This document shows, piece by piece, positions 54,378 to 64,000 of a stretch of 64,000 nucleotides of DNA. The stretch is from assembly GCA_964016885.1 (NCBI GenBank), contig OZ024742.1:110670001-110734000 (forward strand), written 5' to 3'. Below the pieces are notes generated by a model. The model had not been told where the DNA came from, searched no databases, and saw only the letters and a program-made list of their open reading frames with translations. The DNA comes from Eledone cirrhosa. Its lineage: Eukaryota. The position numbers and the translations under genes were made by a program. How positions within the stretch are numbered: the stretch's first letter is position 1; each line of letters begins with the position of its first letter.

Positions 54378-54719
54378 GGAGAAAAAGACGATTATTAGGA
54401 AGAAAAAAAAAATTTTTTCCTTTTATTTTTTCTCACTTTTTTCTAGGTTAGAAAATGTTTAAAACAAAATATTTTACTTTGTGTAAAGTGTTAAGGTATT
54501 AGTTAATTTATTTATTGATTAACAATGACATTTATTTATTTATCTATTTATTTATATATTTAATAATTGTCTATTACCGGTTTCAGAATTTTATGCATTA
54601 TCAAAGGGGGGAATTTGTATTGGTATAAAATGTTGGAGAGAAAATAATGTGATGTTGAACTGCTAAGGAAATGGAAAAGAAAGAATAATATTATTTACAA
54701 ACAAAGTTTTTGAAGTAAA

Positions 54720-54884
54720 AAGAAAAAAGAAAAAAGAAAAAAGAAAAAAGAAAAAAGAAAAAAGAAAAAAGAAAAAAGAAAAAAAGAAAAAAGAAAAAAG
54801 AAAAAAGAAAAAAGAAAAAAGAAAAAAGAAAAAAGAAAAAAGAAAAAAGAAAAAAGAAAAAAGAAAAAAGAAAAAAGAAAAAAG
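54720..54884. repeat. (GAAAAAA)n 7-bp tandem repeat between ~53-bp diverged direct repeats
   Basis: Direct inspection; flanking GTGATGT.GAAC..AATATTATTTACA at ~54649 and ~54889. Confidence 0.85.
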
Positions 54885-55219
54885 AGGAGTGATGTGGAAC
54901 ATGATAAGGTAATGGGAAAGAAAGTATAATATTATTTACAGGCATACTTCTTGAGGATAAGCAGTTCGAAATGTGTTATTATCGCAAGAGCGCTTGGTTG
55001 GTCCATAATAGAAGCAAATGGTAGTCTGGGGTTTGATATTATCTCCCTTTTTAGAAAGTTAATATGTAGGGGGAGTTAATTCAGGGTGTTCAGGTAGGGG
55101 AGAAAGAAATGAGAGGGGGTAATTCATTTATTTAAGAAAAAGGATTAGGTAGGGTGTTAGGGAGGTAACTCTTTAGAGAACTTGGGAATTGGGGCTTTGG
55201 TTCATTGTTCGTTCCAGTT

Positions 55220-57480
55220 TTAGTTTAGTTCGAAGTTTAGTCCATTAAGTAGAGGTTGGAATTTGTTAATGAAGTACGTTTCCTTATTGATACGATGGAT
55301 GAAAGAAGCGTTGTCTATGAATTTGTAAATGGGGAAAATTTTAAAGTTTGGATGTTGGTTAGGTGTACAATTGGCGATATGTTCACTAAAAGCAATCTTT
55401 CTGTATTCCTGTATTTTGATTTGTGATCTATGGAGGGTCATACGTTGTCGGAGGCTGTTTTTGTCTGTCCTATGTAGTGCTCTTGACAACCTGAGCAGGT
55501 TAACTCATAGATTAGGTTTTCAGATGCACATGTAAAGTTGTATTTAACTGTGAAATGTTGTCCTTGTTTAAAATGGAATGTTGATTTATGCATATACCAC
55601 AGTTGGGCCTTCCGCATTTTCCTTTACTGTAGAGTTCATTGTGAGGGTTGGTTGGATTTTGGCTTGTGTGAGGATGTTTTTTTATGGATTTAGGTTGTCA
55701 TTTGCTCTTTATGATGTTGTGTGTTTGGACGATTTTGTTCATTCTTGAGTCTCTTTTTAGTAAAGGAATGTTCTGGAGGATGGTGTCGAATGCCTGATTG
55801 TTGAGGGGATTGTGTGTGGAGATGTATGGTAGAGTTTTCTATTGCGGTTCATTCCTGGGTTTGGGGTGTCTGAGTTCCTGGATGTTGAGTTTTAGGGCAC
55901 GTTGGAATCCATTGTTGATTAGGGATGGTGGGTAGTTTCTGCTGATACGTTTGTTCTTTAATTCTTCTAGTCGTGTGTAGCATGTGTATTTATCTGAAAC
56001 TATTGTGCCGATCCTTCTGGCTAGGTTATAAGGAATTGCCATTTTAGTATGGCGAGGGTGGCACAAGTTAAATGGAAGATATTGTTTGGAGTCTGTGGGT
56101 TTGTAGTATATGTCTGTTTCTATTTTGTTGTTTGTCTTCTTGATGAGGATGTCGAGGAAAGGGAGTTGTTCATAGCTGTATTCCATTGTAAATTGTAAGT
56201 TTGTGTTGAGTCCATTTAGAAGGGTTTTAAACTCAAACCGTCTATCTATACTTTCATGCCAGAGTATGAAGCAGTCGTCCAGATATCTCTTCCAGTTTTT
56301 GTTTATGTGTAGGTAGAAGTTGTTACCATATTTGTCTAGAACTTTGCGGTAGAGAGTGGTTTCCAAATATCCCATGACAAGGTTGGCGTATGAGGGGGCT
56401 ACTTTCGTGCCCATGGCAGTCCCAGATTTCTGTCTGTAGTATTTGGCATCGAATTCGAAGAAGTTGTTTTCCAAGATGAATTTGAGTCTCTCCAACACAA
56501 ATTCTTTAGGGATGCGCTGTGGAAGTTCACTAGGGGAATTTTCAAGCCAGAATTGTATTGCCTCTATACCTAGGTTGTGTGGGATATTGGAATATAGATT
56601 GATGACATCAAAGTAGGGTATGTTCATTATTAAGTGATGTTGGGAGGTTGTTGAGCATATAAAGGTCGTCCCTTATGAAGCTTTTTATGTGCTTTAGTAA
56701 AGGTTTAAGCAGAATATCTAGGAAGTTGCTTAGGCGGTGGGTTTCACATGCGGTACCTGCTATTATGGGTCTTAATTTAAGGTCATCGGTAGGGGGTATA
56801 TTGATGTAAATATCTGTGGCTTGCTTGCAGGCCCTGCTTATTACTTAGCTTTTGTGTGTCTTTGGGATACTGTAGAAAAGGCTGGTTCTGGTTTTGAAAT
56901 TGGTGATGTAGTTGTATTCCTCGTCGGTAAGGCCTTCTTTGTAAAGGGTTATTAGGAATTTTAGGTTTCTCATTATTTTTTGTTGTGTGTAGTGTTACGC
57001 CTTTTCGTAATATGTTTGGTTTTCTAGAGTTGTGAGTACTAGAGTCGTGTAGTAATCTGTCCACATAAGGACTACTTCACTCCCTTTATCCGCCTCTTTG
57101 ATTGTTAGGGTTTTGTCGTTATTTAGACTGTTAAGACCACTCCATACTTTTTTGCTTGGGTTTGGGTTTTGTTTATGTCTGTGTAGGTGGTGGTATGGGT
57201 AATTAGTAATGTGTTCTCAGAATTGATCGAGGAATTTGTTCTTGCCTTTTGGTGGAGTATAGTTGCTTCTATTTCTGGCTATTGAGTCATCCTCATTGTA
57301 TTTGTCGTATCGGTGCTCGCTGAGTCTTAGTTTTCTACATAATTCTGCAATGTCTTCCTTCATTTCGGGGTAGTTTGGTCGTTGGGGAGTTAGTGTAAAT
57401 TTCAGACCTTTGGAGAGTATGTTGATTTGGTCTGTTGTTAATTCTTTAGAGGTTAAATTAACGATTTTTATTACATTTTA
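55220..57480 (-). pseudogene. Neptune-like PLE, frameshifted RT + GIY-YIG
   Basis: IVNLTS..LSKGLKFT, DKG, FDVINLYSNIP, GTAMGTKVAPSYANL, RYLDD, LPFLDI, YYKPTDS; CGRPNCGIC Cys linker; EN C-terminus. Confidence 0.88.
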
Positions 57481-57704
57481 TGTCTCCTGTGTGTTTTGTG
57501 TTATCTCGTTACACTGTGTTTGTGTGCTGTGTCTAAAAAATGACTACGTAAGTTGTGGTGGTTGGTGGTTGTTGAAGTTTGGATGTCTATTATGTTTATA
57601 TATATGTATATATATATATATATGTGAAGTAATTCCGTCGGAAAGGTCCAAGAAAAAAGAGTGCTCTATGTAGGTAACAGAGCTTAATAGTTTTATATAT
57701 ATAT

Positions 57705-57809
57705 AACGAAGGAATTGTGGTAAGGAACCAGATGGACCATAACGCACCAGAGTACTCATTACTTAGGGTAGTAGAGTGGATAATAGGAAAAAGTATGACT
57801 CCGACGGCT

Positions 57810-57857
<48 letters not shown>

Positions 57858-57930
57858 AGCCGTTTCGACGGCTAATAGGCGTCGAAACGGCTTGAGCTCT
57901 GCCGTCGGAGTCATACTTTTTCCTATTATC
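57705..57930. mobile_element. Fold-back pLTR-end element interrupted by (TA)n
   Basis: Same family as 21118 and 62815. Confidence 0.7.
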
Positions 57931-58008
<78 letters not shown>

Positions 58009-58109
58009 TGTGTGTGTGTGTGTGTTTGTGTGTGTCTGTATTTCCATTTATGCGGTGATGTAACTTTATGTATGTGTGTGTGTGTATATGTATATATATA
58101 TATATATAA

Positions 58110-59430
<1,321 letters not shown>

Positions 59431-59520
59431 AATTTCATTTCTCACTCTTAGTACGGCACTTACTTAAATGTAAGTATGTATGTATACGTACATACATATA
59501 TGTATACAGACGTACAGTAG

Positions 59521-62450
59521 CATGTACCAACAAACCACCAGCACAACCCAGAATGAAACCACACACACAACACAACACAAAAACACACACACCACACCAA
59601 CACCGCACGACACCAACCGCCAACGTTGCACCGCACCGGTTACTCCCAAATGCAACTGCAAAAAACGAGACGAATGCCCACTAAACGGGGAGTGGTTCGT
59701 TAAGAATATTGTTTACCGGTGCGATGTCACTGCCGGCAATAAGGAGTACTCATATATAGGTGCGACATCCACTACGTTTAAGGAGCGCTGGTATAACCAC
59801 AGAAGCTCCTTCAAACATAGATCGAAACGACCCCAAACAAAACTGGCCGATCTGATCTGGGACCTCAAGGACAGGAATATTGAACTCCGGATCTCGTGGT
59901 CAGTAAAAAGAGAGTGTAGCATACATCCCCAATGACAGAAACCACTGCAGATTGTGCCTAGCTGAAGCGGCGGAAATAATTAAACTTGATTCCGCCATAA
60001 ACTATAGGTCGGACATAATTGTCAATTGCAGACACACTAGGATGCACACCTTTTCTGCACAAATTTTCGCGGGAAGACCACGCACTAACCATGACCCACC
60101 ATAATAATAACCACACCTGCCCCGTATCACCATCGCCCATCTCAACGAACTTTAATTCTAATCTAACTTCACTTTATCTTATTTCATTTCATTGAATTTA
60201 ACCATATGTAAGCCCGTATTTTGTATATCATGCTGCATACATAACCCACACCAAAAATCACACTAACCATGACACACCATATTAACAACCACCTTTAACC
60301 CGTCTCAACATCGCCCACCTCAATGAACTTATTGTATTGTACTCCATGTTACCATCTCTAAGCCCCCATTTGTATATCATGCCGCACACATCACCATCAC
60401 CACCACCAAAATTCACATCAACATACACACCTCATAGTTGCAACATCGTATTAAATCGGTACCATATGATACGTTCTACCTTGCAATCCACAATGACAAG
60501 GGACCTTGTAAATACAATGTCGATCATATCACATCATCGCCACCGCCACCATACCACACATCGTCATGTGCATACCATACACGCCTACATCCTCATCCCC
60601 CCATGTTCCCTCTATCTACCCTAACTTGCAACCCCACGCTAAATTCGACCCTGTAACTGTACTGTCGCACGCACACACAACCACCGCCACCACTAAATAC
60701 ATCCACATACTTCAACAATCATTATCATTACATCATCAACACATATCATCCCTCGCTCCCAAATCGACTGTATTATATACCCCCCATCCCCCGTCTGCCT
60801 ACCATATAACACACCGTAACCTCTGATCATGTATTCATCTTGCCGAACATATCACCCCAGCACCACCACCATCACCATGTCCACAACACACATCGCCGTA
60901 CGTCCATAAACGCTTTTCCCCCGCGTTCCCTATGTCACCTTTTAACCGATATTCGATCCGGTATATATATATTTTTGTCCCTCACAGCTCCACCACCACC
61001 ACCACAAAACACAACTCCATACTTCATCAACACCGACAAAACATACCTCCACTCCCCAACCAACAATAGTGTGTGTGTGTGTGTGTAAGTATTTTACTCA
61101 TACGGGCGTCTTAAGTGTGCGTGCGTGTACGCAAATTTATCTGTATGTGTGTGTGTGTGTATGTGAACACATGTGTATGCATATGTCTATGTGTGTGTAT
61201 ATATATATCTGTATATATATATATGTGTATGTGTATGCATATGTATATGTGTGTGTATATATGTATGTATGTGTATGTGTGTGTATGTGTAAGTCTACAT
61301 ATATGTATATGGGTAAATCTGACTGTATGTGTAGGTGAGCTCATATATGTGCATGTATGTGTATATGTGCGTGTATGTGTGTGTTGTCGGTACATGTGTG
61401 TGTATATATATAAATATGTATATATATATGTGTGAGTATACGTGTGTGCGAGTGTGTATGTGTATATCTTGCATACATGAGTGTGAGTCCATGTGCCCAT
61501 ACCCATGTGTATGTATGTGTATGTATATATGTAAAACACCTTCTACATCGCCTCTCACCTTCCCCCCATCTCTGTCGTTCGCCAACCCCACCGATACTCC
61601 CCCACTGTTCATATTCGTGTCCGCATGCGCGCATGCACATACATGTGTGTACATATACATATGGCTGTGTGTGAGCGTATGCCTATATTTGTGGGCAAGG
61701 ATGTGCGTATGTGTTTTATGTTGTGTGTGTTTATACAACAATATATGTGCACATATATACATATATGTGTGTACGTATACGTATATACAAGGTATCTGTC
61801 AGACGAAGAGTGTCTAACTATGTATCTATGTAAGGACCTGACGCCACCAATACATCCACCACACCACCAAAAACGCCGCTACCATAGACAAAGGCACCAC
61901 TACCACACCCCCTCCCACACGCCAACCCGTCTACTGACAATCCACTAACCTCATACCACAGCCCATCCCACTAAATAACCTTAACCACCACCATATCTTC
62001 ACATCCATCCCCACATACTCTACACGCCAAGGCCAACCCATCACCACCACACCACAGCCCACCTCATCCACAGACCGTCACCAACATCTCACCATCAAAC
62101 CCAACCCATATACACTACAGGCCAGTACATCGCCTTGATCCTTCTAACCAATCAAAACATCTCATTTTGTCAAACTCTTGAAACTCTGACTTTACCACAT
62201 AGCATGTATTTCATTTTCTTATAGCATTTTAAGAGGGTCCGTCGAGCTGCCGATTATTGAGTCGGGTAGGATCGATATAGATCGAACCTTGAGCTGATCA
62301 GTGGCGAATCGCGCGTCACCTATCAATAAATGCAATGAAGGAATAATCAATCGTCCTTTTTATCCTTTCTATATTTTACACTCTGTATAGCTCGAAACAT
62401 CGAGTGCTCACCCGAGTGAACCTGCAGTAACTCCTAGTTACACCCCTGGA
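59521..62450 (+). mobile_element. 5'-truncated Hydra-like PLE (EN remnant ~59640-60080, ~2.4-kb C/A-rich 3' region)
   Basis: KCNCKKRDECPLNGE..IVY..YIGATSTTFKERWYNH; ends at (TA)n; 3' boundary inferred. Confidence 0.75.
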
Positions 62451-62669
62451 TATATATATATATGTATGTATATATGGATGTGTGAAGGTGGGAACCATCA
62501 TCAGTGTCGTAATTGAACACATTGAATTTCTTCCTTATTCTCTTTCTTTCTATCTCCTTAATGACCAGCAGCAACTAAAACCTCACTATTGCTCTAGATA
62601 TTAAACCACTCAATCAACCAGATTAAACCTTTTAAGAAGGCTCCATTAATATCCGTTTCTTCCAGATCT

Positions 62670-62786
<117 letters not shown>

Positions 62787-62814
62787 ACACATATATATAT
62801 ATATATATGTAAAA

Positions 62815-63008
62815 GGAAAATGTTCAAGACCCCGACGGCTGAGCTCAAGCCGTTTCGATGGCTATTTCTACACGAAATAGCCGGCGAAATAGCTTGAGCT
62901 CTGCCGTCGGGGTCTTGAACATTTTCCTATTACCCACTCTACTACCCTAAGCATTGAGTACTCTGGTGCGTTATGGTCCATGTGGTTCCTTACCACACTT
63001 CCTTCGTT
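62815..63008 (+). mobile_element. Fold-back pLTR-end element (~113-nt palindrome)
   Basis: GGAAAATGTTCAAGACCCCGACGGC..GCCGTCGGGGTCTTGAACATTTTCC. Confidence 0.75.
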
Positions 63009-63068
63009 ATATCTATATGTATTTGTATTTTTATGTAATGTATATATATATATATATATACATATATA

Positions 63069-64000
63069 TGTAGGAGGTGAGTTTTATTGTAGTACAATAA
63101 AGCAATGCAGATATCGGATAAGAAGCACTCTACAGTTTGTAGGACTGGAGTATACATAATATATAAGAACAAAAGATGGTTAAAGGAGTTCCATGTATTT
63201 TATTATGCGCATTTCAAAAACAAATATCATCATCAATAATATTTGTGTTTTCATCAGATAAAACAGGAGGACATGATATGAAGGTTAAAAAACACTTGTG
63301 AATAGTTCAGTTTTAAATCAACATATGAGAAGTAGTTTTAGAGTTGTGTTTAGATTATTGATGTGTGCTATTGGGAAAAATATTTTATTTAGGGGGGGGG
63401 GGATGAAAAAAAAGAAGGAGATGAGAGTGAAGGTGGAGAGGAAGGTGGAGAGTGAAGGTGGAGAATGAATTGGTGTCAGTTATAACTGACACCAATTCCT
63501 TCACCTATTTTGGCTCCACTTCCACCTCTTTTAAAGCTCGTCTTTATAACCATAATTCGTCTTTTAAATACAAACTTAAAAGAACCAACACGGCTCTCTC
63601 AGAACTCATATGGTCCTTGAAAGACAAAAACATTAAATATAGCATCTTTTGGAAGAAGGTTTCTTCTGCGTCACCATACTTGAACAGTTCTCTATCTAAA
63701 ATCTGCAATCTCTGTCTAAATGAAAAATTTACCATTATCTCTAATCTAGATTCTATAATAAATAGACGCACTGACTTGTTTTCTATCTGCTTGCATAAAT
63801 TCCATAAAACATTTCACAAAGTATACAGCTAATATTCAATTCTTTATCAATTTAGAATCTTTTTCTCAAAGGCACATATATATACACTTCTTTTAAAAAT
63901 ATACCCATCTTTCTACCTTATTTCAAAGGTTATTATACATTCTATAATACTTGTTTACTCATTACTCTTACTCTATATCACCTTGTAAAAATCCTTCGTA
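63069..64000 (+). mobile_element. 5'-truncated PLE (family of 44397) with 5' inverted pLTR; EN fragment ~63490-63832
   Basis: YFGSTSTSFKARLYNH..CNLCLNEK; 63069-63450 is the inverted pLTR. Confidence 0.85.
63198..63263 (-). ncRNA. Type I hammerhead with extended stem II
   Basis: Near-identical to 44523-44589. Confidence 0.78.

Overview
AT-rich, microsatellite-saturated animal DNA. The tRNA/CORE-type SINEs resemble those of octopod cephalopods (inference). No host gene is recognisable, and nearly all short ORFs in the track are (TA)n/(CA)n translation artefacts. The window is dominated by Penelope-like elements (PLEs). Positions 1-15.6 kb hold a head-to-head pair of intact 820-codon RT + GIY-YIG ORFs with identical protein sequence (Hydra-clade-like) and ~3.4-kb pseudo-LTRs. 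Elsewhere there are 5'-truncated or inverted PLE fragments (Hydra-like and Neptune-like), non-coding tandem retrozyme-like units, one RLE-type LINE fragment and several SINEs. The main observation comes from folding by eye: about 20 type I hammerhead ribozyme (HHR) motifs from about 10 apparently distinct families. Many are atypical, with stem II domains of 29-116 nt, non-Watson-Crick 10.1-11.1 closing pairs (U.U, U.C, C.C, C.A), U4->A/C core substitutions and palindromic stem III. Several insertions start or fold back within a few nt of the predicted cleavage site. All structures are manual predictions; catalytic activity and novelty are untested.
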